This document shows, piece by piece, positions 25,703-36,750 of a stretch of 39,180 bases of DNA. Every line of letters begins with the position of its first letter. Position 1 is the first letter of the stretch. The translations under genes were made by a program, and so were the position numbers. This DNA is from Nemertoderma westbladi (Eukaryota; Animalia; Xenacoelomorpha): the NCBI GenBank assembly GCA_032718475.1, contig JAUCBJ010007283.1, positions 1 through 39,180 of the forward strand. Direction: 5' to 3'. The notes under the pieces are model-generated. The model was not told the origin of the DNA and did no database searches. It saw only the letters and a list, made by a program, of their open reading frames with translations.

Positions 25703-26344
25703 TCAGCTCTTCTTTGATCGCCCTGTGTAGTCTGCCTTCTCAAATAGTAGTCTCGCGCGGGTTGATATAGATGTAGCCTTGACATTAAAGTTCACATTAA
25801 ATTCAATTTGGACATGATCACTTGCACCAAGGGTGGGATGATACAGCGGCGTGTCTACAGAATTTTCATCATTTACCAATATAAGGTCTAATATATGTGG
25901 TGTTTGTCCGTGACGATATCGTGTAGGTTTATCAATTATCTGAAACAAGTAATTGTCCTGGATGGAGGATAGTATTATGGATTCACCGTGGTCGTTGGTG
26001 GATAGCAGATCCCAGTCAGTATGTGGCATATTGAAATCCCCTGTGACTATTAGCTGAGAATTTTTATTAGAAGAACATATGGAATTCAATAGGTTCGCTA
26101 CGTTGCAATAGTTGTCCATGCTGGGGCTCCGATAAATGCATCCAAATATTATTGTTCGCTTGGAGCCAATTTTATTGGGTGTAATGCTAATCCACATTGA
26201 GTCTAGACCATCGCGTATTCCAGAATTCGTAATTGATGGTTCGATTTCTGTAGCTCCAGTTAACGTGTGTCGAATGTAAATACCTCTCGAGCATGATGAA
26301 AGCCCTAAATTAGAGCAAAGTATCGTGTAGCCAATTGCATGCAT
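25703..26344 (-). pseudogene. APE-like endonuclease domain of CR1-type LINE
   Basis: GCIYRSPS, VTGDFNMPHTDW, QIIDKPTR, ILDLILVN, GASDH motifs. Confidence 0.9.
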
Positions 26345-26369
26345 ACAGTAGTGTGTGTTTCATTATTAG

Positions 26370-26440
26370 TATTGTCCAACATATCATATAGGATTACCCC
26401 TAAAGCTTTGCAGCTTATTTCCAAGGCACAAGGGGGTCCT
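26370..26440 (-). repeat. Second copy of the retroelement-tail core seen at 17240-17300
   Basis: TATTGTCCAACAT...ATAGGATTACCCCTAAAGCTTTGCAGCTTATTTCCAAGG shared. Confidence 0.8.
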
Positions 26441-27120
26441 TTATGTTACTTGGTTACAAATACAATACCTATTACACTAAGTATACTGTATATTTACTGA
26501 TTTAAGAAAACAATCAATCAATTACTGACTTAATCGTCTGATTATCTGATTACAGACTGACAGATTATAGTGATCTAGTTCATAGTTCGGTAGAATATGT
26601 AGGCTGGCAGCTGGGTAGTGTACCGGACCGGTAGTACAGTTACAGTCAGACAGTAGGCCTATCTGAGTGTCTGTATAGCACTATCAGACTGTAGCAATAG
26701 CAGTACCGGTTACCGGTACTGCAGTAAGCAGTGCCAGAGTACTGATACGTGATACTAGAACTGGAGCACAGGAGTAGCAGTACTGCAGTAGTCAGGTCTC
26801 AGCCAGTCAGGTACGGTCAGACGGTGGACGGTTCGGTAGTCCTGTCAGTAGGCAGGTAGGCCCGATCGGGATATAGGCCTATTCAAACTTTAAACGTAAA
26901 GCGACCCAAATGGCGCCATCTTGATCTAGCAGATAGATCAGAAAAAATAGGTTATAGGCCTTATCTGCCTATTCGTTTGTCCCCGCAAAGTGGTGTTAGG
27001 CTGTTAGGGCTTTCAAAAGATATCGCAGAGCAGCAGAGTGAAAATCATATATTTTGTAAATATCCCGAGCGGGATATAGGTTGTAGGTATTGTGGTACCG
27101 ACAGAGGACAGACCGATAGG

Positions 27121-28176
27121 GGTTTGACTAAATACGCCACCGACAACCACCGACACCTTTCGCATACCACCGACTACCACCGACAACAAAAGACACAAAC
27201 CGACACAAACCGACAGGTAAAATCACAAACCGACAGTATACTGACAGACTGACAACTTCGGCAATGTTAGTAAACTATTTCAGTACATGATTATACAATT
27301 TTTATTTCCAGTCCAAATATTTATAACAAATTATACCCAGTAAAAAATCCCTATGCGTAACGCATTAGTGCCACATCAGCACATGCAACATTCGTAAAAG
27401 GCTGAAAGGTGCGTGGAATGTTATTTAAGATTCGTGAAGCCTTCGTCAGTGGTTCGTCAGTCCGAATAATTTAGGTAACGAATGCGTATAGTATTCGTAT
27501 CGCATGTGAGATTTCACTTGTCAATATATTCGTGGCTCATCATTCGTGGCACATGTGATACGAATGCTTCCACTCCACGCAAAAAATAATTCGTGGTTCA
27601 TTCGTTTGTGGCACATCATGCATAGCCGCGCCACGCTTAAAATTATTCGTGGTCCATTCGTGACATGACGCATGCGATACGCGTGCAAAGCATTCTCAAT
27701 TAGAGTACCGTACAAACTGAACTGTAATTTGGCCAAGCACAATTCGGCAAATAATCGAACATGGTGTTATTTAGTTAGTATCGTTCAAAGGCGCTTTGAA
27801 AGCTTATGTAAACCTGTTCCCTTTACCAACATGCTATATATAATATCTAGAGGTAATGTACTGTAGGCTAGGTGAGATAAATAAAATGACAACATAAAAC
27901 TACTGCAGTAACTTAGTGAACTACAGTATGTATGTAGGCACCGACCCCCCCACCCGTAGTTATACATATTTGTAGTATTAGTAGTCATATTTGGACTGGA
28001 AATAAAAATTGTATAATCATGTACTGAACTGCTGAAATAGTTTACTAACATTGCCGAAGTTGTCGGTTTGTGATTTTACCTGTCGGTTTGTGTCGGTTTT
28101 GTGTCTTTTGTTGTCGGTGGTTGTCGGTGGTATGCGAAACGTGTCGGTGGTTGTCGGTGGCATATTTAGTCAAACC
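27121..28176. mobile_element. Non-autonomous MULE/Mutator-like element, ~200-bp TIRs, 11-bp TSD
   Basis: TIRs GGTTTGACTAAAT... (27121-~27320) and ...ATTTAGTCAAACC (~27987-28176), rich in CCGAC motifs; direct repeat AGACCGATAGG at 27110-27120 and 28177-28187. Confidence 0.85.
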
Positions 28177-28549
28177 AGACCGATAGGCTAATCATGAGAC
28201 ATGGGATGGGATGATTGTATTTTTTTTTAATAATGTATACGTGTACCGTACCATTATGCATTACTACATCATTAAGCTACTGGATTAGGCAGTTAGGAGG
28301 GCAGAGGCTCTGTGTCACTAGTTTGCTAGTTCAGTACCGGTAGTTACTACTATCAGAACAAGCAGACAAGACTACAAACAGACTGACATAGAATACTGCA
28401 GTTTAGTGTGTGTAGTACTAGTACACCTACAGACCTAGCTGCCTAGTACTGTAGGCCTATCTGCCTTGCCTACCTAGCCCCCACTATGAATTTTCAACAG
28501 ATCTGACAGATTGAACACAGTTTACAGTATCCCATATGCATGCCTGGCC

Positions 28550-29050
28550 TGTATGCAGCACGAACAGACGAAGGTCTTTTTATAGATTGTTTCAGTATCC
28601 AACATGCTGCATGAACAGATGAATGAAGGTCTAATTGTTACAGTACCGGTAGCGGTACCCCACGTGCTGCACGAAGGTCTCTTAAACGTTTCAACATATT
28701 GTTATAGTTACTCTACGGCCACTCTGCATGAATGTCTCTTAAACGTTTCAACGGATTGTTTTAGTATCGAATTTGCTGCATGAAGGTCTCTTAACTCCTA
28801 AACGTTTCAACAGATTGTTACAGTTACAGTACCCCACGTGCTGCACGAAGGTCTCTTAAACGTTTCATTTCAACAGATTGTTTCAATATCTCATATAGCA
28901 GTATAGGCCTACTGCGCGAAGGTCTCTTAAACGTTTCAATAGATTGTTTCAGTATCCAACATGCTGCATGAAGGTCTTTTCGCTTCAACAGACTGGGAGA
29001 TTGTTACAGTAATAGTAACCAACGTGACGTGCTGCACACAGGTCTCTTAA
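28550..29050 (+). repeat. Degenerate ~50-60-bp minisatellite
   Basis: Recurrent TGCTGCAYGAAGGTCTCTTAAACGTTTCAACAGATTGTT, about 8-9 copies. Confidence 0.85.
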
Positions 29051-29608
29051 GGGCACGTGTTCGTCCATACATTTGACTATTAAGCTTATGTACCTCTTCT
29101 GAGGAATTGGTTCAACAGAATGGCTTGAAATTTGGAGGAGAATTAATTTTGCATGTGTCTCAGACGTTGTAGCAGAATAAATAAAAAAATTTATTGTGAT
29201 CACCAGAAATTTTCAAAGTTAAAAATGTTATTTATAAAAAGTGAAAAAACACGTATTTTGGCCGTTTTTGTGATGTAACTTTTTAAATTTCTAACCCACA
29301 TGTCTAAATGTGCTACCACCTATAGCCTAAAGGATTAGTAGAAGAACATATACTGAAAATTTCATGCAATTTGGTCCAGTAGTTCCATAGAAACAGGTAG
29401 GCCGGTATCTGATCCTATAACCAATCAGGAGAAAGAGATATAATATTTAGGCCTACCTAACTGTCTGTTAGGTAAATAGCCAATAGCTGAATAGGGGATC
29501 ACGTTTCACGTTGCCTGTTTATGTATCAGTATTATCATATGACGTAGCAGTACAGGCATACCGGTATGCATCTAATGCACAAAGGCATATTATTATATAT
29601 TAAAAATC

Positions 29609-30045
29609 AGTAGGGAACATACCCTTAAATAAGCTCCAAAAATGGGTTCTTATTTAAGGAAAATGGCTCTTATTTAGGGGTTTTTGGGCCTTTTTTGGCT
29701 ATTTTTTCGATATAATATGCAATAACTTGTTTCAGGAAAAAATACCGCATAATTTTATTTCACTATGTAAAAGTTGGGTCTTTCTTGAACATAAAGCAAA
29801 AAACCAGAAAACATTACACCGTCCGGTTTTTTTTCTACAAGCGTTTTAAAATTGCATCAAAAATACGACTAGTTCCTAAATAAGGGTGATATTTTAAATT
29901 TACCTTATTTAAGATATCGAAATTGTACACATAAATACTAAAAGTCCCTAAATAAGAACTTTTTGACCTGGGTTTCTTATTTAGGAATACAATTGTATTC
30001 CAAAATCTGCACATTCCTCAAATAAAATAAATATTCCTTATTTCT
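29609..30045 (+). repeat. ~435-bp dispersed repeat X (probable DNA-element fragment)
   Basis: AGTAGGGAACATACCCTTAAATAAG... repeated directly at 34432-34867 and partly inverted at ~34188-34431; many TAAATAAG/CTTATTTA motifs in both orientations. Confidence 0.85.
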
Positions 30046-30942
30046 TACGTTACAGTATGTGTTACACTTCTTTCATAATTCTTTGATTTATGTCAGTCTG
30101 TATATTGCTAATTGTTGGGATAAGGATAAGGTCAAAGGTTGCACTGCACTCTATAAATCCTCTATAGAATATCGTATCATAATGAAGTTGATAGCACTGG
30201 CATTTTTACCTCACACGGTAGCATAGAATAGCCCATTGATATTCAAAAGAATAGCCCATTGCCCACCTGAGCGCACATACATTGTCACGTATTTCGATGA
30301 GACATGACTCAAGTAACTGGACATCGCCGCACAGTTTCGAAAAACTAACTTGTGTCCTGCATTTCCTCTTCTGCTCCGCGTTACGCCCCACTTAGATGGA
30401 TTGTCCACAATGTTGTACTTGAAAGGTGTGAAAAAAGTGAAAAACCAATGTCAATGTCATGTCAATCTGTCAATAGGCACAAAGATGGTTCGGTCGGGCA
30501 GCTGATAGACGTTATGAAGGTTAACGATGATGACTGGATGACGTTTTGGCTCAACTGGCTCAGGCAGCAGTGGGACACCTTCGTGGGACCTTTGCGCAGC
30601 ATGAAGTGAGCAAAGCCTTAGCTAGCCCTAGCTGATAGGGGCCCCACCCCATTAACATGTTGTCTTTCGTTAGTCAGAGGTCGTTCAACACAATACTTGT
30701 CTCCTTAATTTGCCTCATTGGGTTTGTTTGTTTTTTACCTAACTTCAGATTATTTCTAATCTTTTGACAGACTACATACTGACATACATACTAAGTTTCG
30801 TTTAATTTCATCAAGGAATGACCGAGTTATTAGCGATAACAAATTTACAACCACGACAGACAACTCGTTAATAGCACCCATATGCTGAGGCTTCACTCGC
30901 TTGAACGTGGCTTTCCCCCACATTCAATCCGGTTCGACGCAG

Positions 30943-32430
30943 TTTGTTGCTCGTTGTTGCTCATTGCTGCTCGTTGTGCTTTAATATTTCTCGTTGTTGG
31001 TCATTGTTGGTCATTATTGTTGCTCATTGTTGCTTGTTGGTGCTCATTGTTGCTCATTAGTTGTACTTTATTATTGCTCGTTGTACTCTAATATTGCTCG
31101 TTGTTGCTCATTATTGCTCATTGTTGCTCGTTGTTGTACTTTATTATTGCTCGTTCAATCGTTGTTCCTCATTGTTGCTCGTTGTTGTACTTTATTATTG
31201 CTCATTGTTGCTCGTTGTTGCTCAATATTACTCGTTGTTGCTCGTTCAGTCGTTGTTGCTCATTGTTGCTTGTTGTTGTACTTTATTGTTGCTCAATATA
31301 ACTCGTTGTTGCTCGTTCAGTCGTTGTTGCTCATTATTGCTATGGCTCGTTGTTGCTCATTGTTGCTCGTTGTTGTTCTTTATTATTGCTCGTTGTACTC
31401 TATTATTACTCCTTGTTGCTCATTATTGCTCATTGTTACTCATTGTTGCTCGTTGTTGTACTTTATTATTGCTCATTCAATCGTTGTTCCTCATTGTTGC
31501 TCGTTGTTTCTCGTTGTTGTACTTTATTATTGCTCGATGTTGCTCAATATTACTCGTTGTTGCTCGTTCAGTCGTTGTTGCTCATTGTTGTACTTTATTA
31601 TTGCTCATTGTTGCTCAATATAACTCGTTGCTGCTCAATATAACTCGTTGTTGCTCGTTCAGTCGTTGTTGCTCATTATTGCTCGTTGTTTGTTGTTTCT
31701 CGTTGTTGCTCATTGTTACACGTTGTTGTTCTTTATTATTGCTCGTTCAGTCGTTGTTCCTCATTGTTGCTCGCTGTTTCTCGTTGTTGCTCATTGTTGC
31801 TAAATGTTACTCGTTTTTATACTTTATTATTGCTCAATGTTACTCATTGTCATTGTTGCTCATTGTTGTTACTCGTTGTTCCTCATGTCCTAATTATTGG
31901 TCATTGTTTCTCGTTGTTGTACTTTATTATTGCTCGTTGTTGCTCATTATTACTCATTGTTACTCGTTGTTGCTCATTGTTGCTCATTGTTGTTTATTAT
32001 TGCTCGTTCAGTCGTTGTTCCTCATTGTTGCTCGCTTTTTTCTCATTGTTGCTCATTGTTGTACTTTATTATTGCTCATTGTTGCTCATTATTACTCATT
32101 GTTGTTCGTCTTTTCTCAATGTTACTCGTTGTTGCTCATTGTTGCTCGTTCAGTCGTTGTTCCTCATTATTGCTAATTGTTGTTCGTTGTTTCTCGCTGT
32201 TGCTCATTGTTGCTCGTTGTTGTACCAGTCGTTGTTCCTCATTATTGCTCGTTGTTGTACTTTATTATTGCTCATTGTGGCTCAATGTTACTCGTTGTTG
32301 CTCATTGTTGCTCGTTGTTACTCGTTGTTGCTCGTTGTTTTGTTACTCATTGTTCCTCGTTGTTTTGTTACTCATTGTTCATTTGTTGCTCGTTGTTGCT
32401 TATTGTTGGTCATTGTTGCTCGTTGTGCAT
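30943..32430 (+). repeat. 10-bp-based TTGTTGCTCR minisatellite (left arm)
   Basis: TTGTTGCTCG / TTGTTGCTCA / TTGTACTTTA / TTATTGCTCR variants. Confidence 0.95.
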
Positions 32431-32534
32431 TTTTGCACCTATCCTATTAAGCTCAGAAGCTCCCTTACTGTATCTCTGCATCTTGCAATGTCCTGTCCAG
32501 GTTAGGCAGGTAGGAGGTCATAACTGTCATAAGC

Positions 32535-34057
32535 TTACTACTAGGATCGGCATGCTGCATTGCAGCTGCATTTTTATGAATGCTGTGCCGGCTTGTCAAC
32601 AAAATTGCACCCCCACAACTCCCTATCACCCATGACATTTGCTAGATCATCCGCATCTTCAAGGCCAGTGTCCTTTAAGATGCGTCTCAAGAAAGTCATG
32701 GGCTGTCCACCATGCTTATTCACTCCATGAGGCTGCCAAACTACAAGATTATGCACTGGCTGGTCCTCACGGCGAAAGCAATGTCCTGCAAAGCGGAGGC
32801 GATTTTGTTCTAGTGTCAAGCTTGGGGGAACCAATGAGACACCTCCAATGTTATATAGTGTCTGGTTGGAGATGTGTGCATTGTACTTGACACAATGAAC
32901 CCGGCGTAGCATTCTTGTGAATGTGCCATCCAGAGATTTGGTGTCCTCAGCAGTTAGAGCCCAGCATGGACTCCCGTAGAGGAGTACTGGAACTACTGCT
33001 GCTCTAAATAATCGGACCTTAAGTTTCCGATTAATTCTCGGTGATTTCCAAATCCTGGAAAGCCTATTCAAGGCGGCCCATGCCTTTCCCTTACGTATTC
33101 GAAGGTCCTCACCTGACTTCCGGATCCATGATCCCAGGTAACAGAAGTCGTCCACATGCTCAAGCATACCATCCTTTGAGCTTATGCTCATCCGATCAGA
33201 GACTTGCTGAGGACTTTCAAAGTTAACTGTCAGAATTTTGGTCTTTCTGGAGTTAATAAAAAGACCAACACTAGAAGCAGCATGTTCTAATGAGCTGAGG
33301 AGCCGTTGGGCTCCCTCTAATGATTCTGAGAGTACTCCTAAGTCATCAGCAAAGTCTAGATCAGTTAGGTACTTGGCAGGATTTCCTCGACTTCTGGAGC
33401 CAGTAGGTGGAGTTATCATCACCCCATCATCATTATAATGATCTAAGGACATGCGCAGAACATAGTCAACCACAATAATGAACAAGAATGGTGCAAGTGT
33501 GTCTCCTTGGAGGACGCCCCATAACACTTCAAATGGTTCTGTGTCACCGTCAACAGTAGACACAAATGTTGTTGAACCATCGTATACTGATCTGATTGCT
33601 GCAATAATTTCATCAGGAATCCCACATAATGAAAGTATGCTGAACATACGTGCGCGAGAGACTGAATCAAAGGCCTTGAAGAAGTCAACAAAGATAACAG
33701 CCAGATGCCTGTCTTTCTTTTTTGATAATTCTTCAATTATCCTTCTAAGTGCCAAAATGGGCTCCATGGTCCCACGACCTTTACGGAACCCATTCTGATT
33801 TCCACGGAGCAGTCTCTCAATGGGATCCCTGATGCGATTTAATAGAATCCTATTGTATAGCTTTGCAGCAATCGAGATCAATGAGATTCCCCGAAAAGAA
33901 CCATAGAGTGTTAGGTTGCCCTTCTTGGGAACTGGCACCAACTTATTTGTTTTCATTTCTTGTGGGACTCTTGTTGTTCGGTACATGTCTACTATGATGG
34001 GATAGATGAGCTTGAAACACTCAGGTATTTTAAAGACCTCAGGGGGAACACCATGTC
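32535..34057 (-). mobile_element. 5'-truncated RTE-clade LINE with 12-bp TSD
   Basis: ACTGTCATAAGC at 32523-32534 and 34058-34069; single copy in the opposite arm (35179-35190); short 3' UTR ending TAGTAGTAA. Confidence 0.93.
32574..33986 (-). CDS. RTE-type reverse transcriptase, C-terminal 470 aa (N-truncated; frame stays open up to the truncation at ~34055)
   Basis: PVPKKG, FRGISL, QNGFRKGR, FVDFFKAFDSV, GVLQGDTLAPFLF, DLDFADDL, FCYLGS, VLLYGS, RLRFAGHCFR; upstream in-frame HGVPPEVFK. Confidence 0.9.
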   Translation of the reverse strand: MYRTTRVPQEMKTNKLVPVPKKGNLTLYGSFRGISLISIAAKLYNRILLNRIRDPIERLLRGNQNGFRKGRGTMEPILALRRIIEELSKKKDRHLAVIFVDFFKAFDSVSRARMFSILSLCGIPDEIIAAIRSVYDGSTTFVSTVDGDTEPFEVLWGVLQGDTLAPFLFIIVVDYVLRMSLDHYNDDGVMITPPTGSRSRGNPAKYLTDLDFADDLGVLSESLEGAQRLLSSLEHAASSVGLFINSRKTKILTVNFESPQQVSDRMSISSKDGMLEHVDDFCYLGSWIRKSGEDLRIRKGKAWAALNRLSRIWKSPRINRKLKVRLFRAAVVPVLLYGSPCWALTAEDTKSLDGTFTRMLRRVHCVKYNAHISNQTLYNIGGVSLVPPSLTLEQNRLRFAGHCFRREDQPVHNLVVWQPHGVNKHGGQPMTFLRRILKDTGLEDADDLANVMGDRELWGCNFVDKPAQHS

Positions 34058-34431
34058 ACTGTCATAAGCAGATAAGGGCAGAAGGAGGACGGGGCTGGGA
34101 GACGAGGTTATACGAGACATAATATAAGGATATTTAATTTAATTTATTTAGGCCTAATTTAATTTATTTAATTTAATATATGAGAAATGAGAAATATTTA
34201 ATTTATTTAAGGAGTACTGGAGTATGCAGATTTTGAAATGAAATTGCATAGGGTACCTAAATAAGAAACCCATGTCAAAAAGTTCTTATTTAAGGACTTT
34301 TAGTATTTATGTGTACAATTTCGATGTCTTAAATAAGGTAAATTTAAAAAATCCCTCTTATTTAGGAGCTGGTCGTATTTTTGATGAAATTTTAAAACGC
34401 TTGTAGAAAAAAAACCGGACAGTGAAATGTT

Positions 34432-34867
34432 AGTAGGGAACATACCCTTAAATAAGCTCCAAAAGTGGGTTCTTATTTAAGGAAAATGGCTCTTATTTAG
34501 GGGTTTTTGGGCCTTTTTTGGATATTTTATCGACATAATATGCAAGAACTTGTTTCAGTAAAAAATACCGCATCATTTTATTTCACAATATAAAAGTTGG
34601 TTCTTTCTTGAACATAATGCAAAAAACCAGAAAACATTTCACCGTCCGGTTTTTTTCTACGGGCGTTTTAAAATTGCATCAAAAATACGACCAGTTCCTA
34701 AATAAGAGGGATTTTTTAAATTTACCTTATTTAAGACATCGAAATTGTACACAAATACTAAAAGTCCTTAAATAGGAACTTTTTGACATGGGTTTCTGAT
34801 TTAGGTATACAATTTCATTCCAAAATCTGCATACTCCTTAAATAAATTAAATATTTCTCATTTCTCA
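34432..34867 (+). repeat. Second copy of repeat X, forming the spacer and inner right arm of the inversion
   Basis: Direct match to 29609-30045. Confidence 0.85.
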
Positions 34868-35076
34868 CAGAGAGTAGAAGCAGTTCCGCGACAATAATAA
34901 TATTGCTCCTCAAAAGAGGGCCCTTACTGCACCAGGGACGCGTTTTTCGACAGAGCCCCGTCAGCTGAAACAGCCAGTGCCGCTAGTCGATGGGGTTGAC
35001 TTGTTGACGGAGAGGCTATTATGAGGCGCAATGGGACCTACGCATTGCGTATCTCCTTCTGTCAACCAATACTGGC
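34868..35076. mobile_element. 209-bp GC-rich structured insertion with 11-bp TSD
   Basis: CTCATTTCTCA at 34857-34867 and 35077-35087; left arm has the empty site (TGAGAAATGAG, ~34181-34191). Confidence 0.75.
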
Positions 35077-35279
35077 CTCATTTCTCATATATTAAATAAA
35101 ATAAATTAAATTAAATATCCTTATATAATGTCTCTTATAACCTCGTCTCCCAGCCCCGTCCTCCGTCTGCCCTTATCTGCTTATGACAGTTATGACCTCC
35201 TACCTGCCTAACCTTGACAGGACATTGCAAGATGCAGAGATAAGGGAGCTTCTGAGCTTAATTGGATAGGTGCAAAAAT

Positions 35280-36455
35280 GCACAACGAGCAACAATGACC
35301 AACAATAAGCAACAAATGAACAATGAGTAACAAAACAACGAGCAACAATGAGTAACACAACGAGCAACAATTAGCCACAACGAGTAACATTGAACAATAA
35401 TAAAGTACAACAACGAGTAATAATGAGCAACAACGACTGAACGAGCAACAATGAGCAACAACGAGTAACAATGAGCAACTACGACTACTACAGTACTACG
35501 AGTAACATTGAGAAACAATGAGTAACGAGCAAAAATGAGCAATAATAAAGTACAACAACGAGCAACAATGAGCAACAGCGAGAAACAACGAACAACAATG
35601 AGCAATAATGAGGAACAACGACTGAACAAGCAACAATGAGCAACAATGAGTAACATTGAGAAACACCGAGCAACAATGAGTAATAATAAAGTACAACAAC
35701 GAGCAACAATGAGAAACAACGAGAAACAGCGAGCAACAATGAGGAACAACGACTGGACGAGCAATAATAAAGTACAACAACGAGCAACAACGAGTAACAA
35801 TGAGTAATAATGAGCAACAACGAGCAACAATGAGCAACAACGAGTAACATTGAGAAACACCGAGCAACAATGACTGAATGAGTAATAATAAAGTACAAAA
35901 ACGAGCAACAACGAGAAACAGCGAGCAACAACGAGAAACAATGAGGAACAACGACTGAACGAGCAATAATAAAGTACAACAACGAGCAACATTGAGAAAC
36001 AACGAGCAACAATGAGCAATAATAAAGTACAACGACTGAACGAGCAACAACGAGTTATATTGAGCAACAACGAGATATATTGAGCAACAATGAACAATAA
36101 TAAAGTACAACGAGCAACAATGAGCAACAACGAGTAATATTGATCAACAACGAGCAACAATGAGCAATAATAAAGTACAATGAGAAACAACGAGCAACAA
36201 TGAGGAACAACGATTGAACGAGCAATAATAAAGTACAACGATGAGAAACAATGAGCAATAATGAGCAACAACGAGCAATAATAGAGTACAACGAGCCACA
36301 ACGAGCAATAATGAAGTACAACTAACGAGCAACAATGAGCACCAACAAGCAACAATGACCAACAACGAGCAACAATGACCAACAATGAGCAACAATGACC
36401 AACAATGAGAAATAATAAAGCACAACGAGCAGCAATGAGCAACAACGAGCAACAA
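35280..36455 (-). repeat. 10-bp-based minisatellite (right arm, reverse complement)
   Basis: YGAGCAACAA repeats; about 300 bp shorter than the left-arm array. Confidence 0.95.
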
Positions 36456-36467
36456 ACTGCGTTGAAT

Positions 36468-36750
36468 GTGGGGGAGAGCCACGTTCAAGTGAGCGAAGCC
36501 TTAGCATATGGGTGCTATTACAGTATTAACGAGTTATCTGTCGTCGTTGTAAATTTTTTATCGCTAATAACTCGGTCATTCCTTGATGAAATTAAACGAA
36601 ACTTAAAATAATCTGAAGTTTGGTAAAAACGAGTATTGTGTTGAACGACCTCTGACTAACGAAAGATAACATGTTAATGGGGTGGGGCCCCTATCAGCTA
36701 GGGCTAGCTAAGGCTTTGCTCACTTCATGCTGCGCAAAGGTCCCACGAAC
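36468..36750 (+). mobile_element. Short element related by its termini to the 19961-21535 element (mirror copy ~30580-30921)
   Basis: 5' GTGGGGGAGAGCCACG...GCGAAGCCTTAGC vs GTGGGGCGAGCCACG...GCGGAGCCTTAGC; 3' TGCTGCGCAAAGGTCCCAC vs TGCTGCGCGAAGGCCCCAC; internal IR AAGTGAGCGAAGCCTTAGC / GCTAAGGCTTTGCTCACTT. Confidence 0.6.

Larger units (their letters stand above)
23590..26344 (-). mobile_element. Decayed CR1-clade LINE ORF2 (APE endonuclease + reverse transcriptase), frameshifted
   Basis: Collinear ORF pieces: endonuclease (IYRSP, GDFN, LDLIL, SDH), linker (KPKWLT, KQFWKYV), RT (QYGF, YLDFSKAFD, GVPQGS, FVDDTK, EKDLGV) and CR1 C-terminus (TRGHSLKL, RVVEPWNAL, SLNTFKSRL). Confidence 0.95.

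Noticed and set aside
23590-26344. CR1 LINE as an active element
   Set aside because: Multiple frameshifts and stops; ORF1 absent.
29047-29400. Kolobok-like end (TTAA|GG...), also at ~37364
   Set aside because: No partner TIR or second TTAA found; insufficient support.
30882-32635. Long Cys/Leu-rich ORFs as membrane or metallothionein-like proteins (also 35208-36507)
   Set aside because: Overlapping in all three frames; an artefact of a stop-poor minisatellite.
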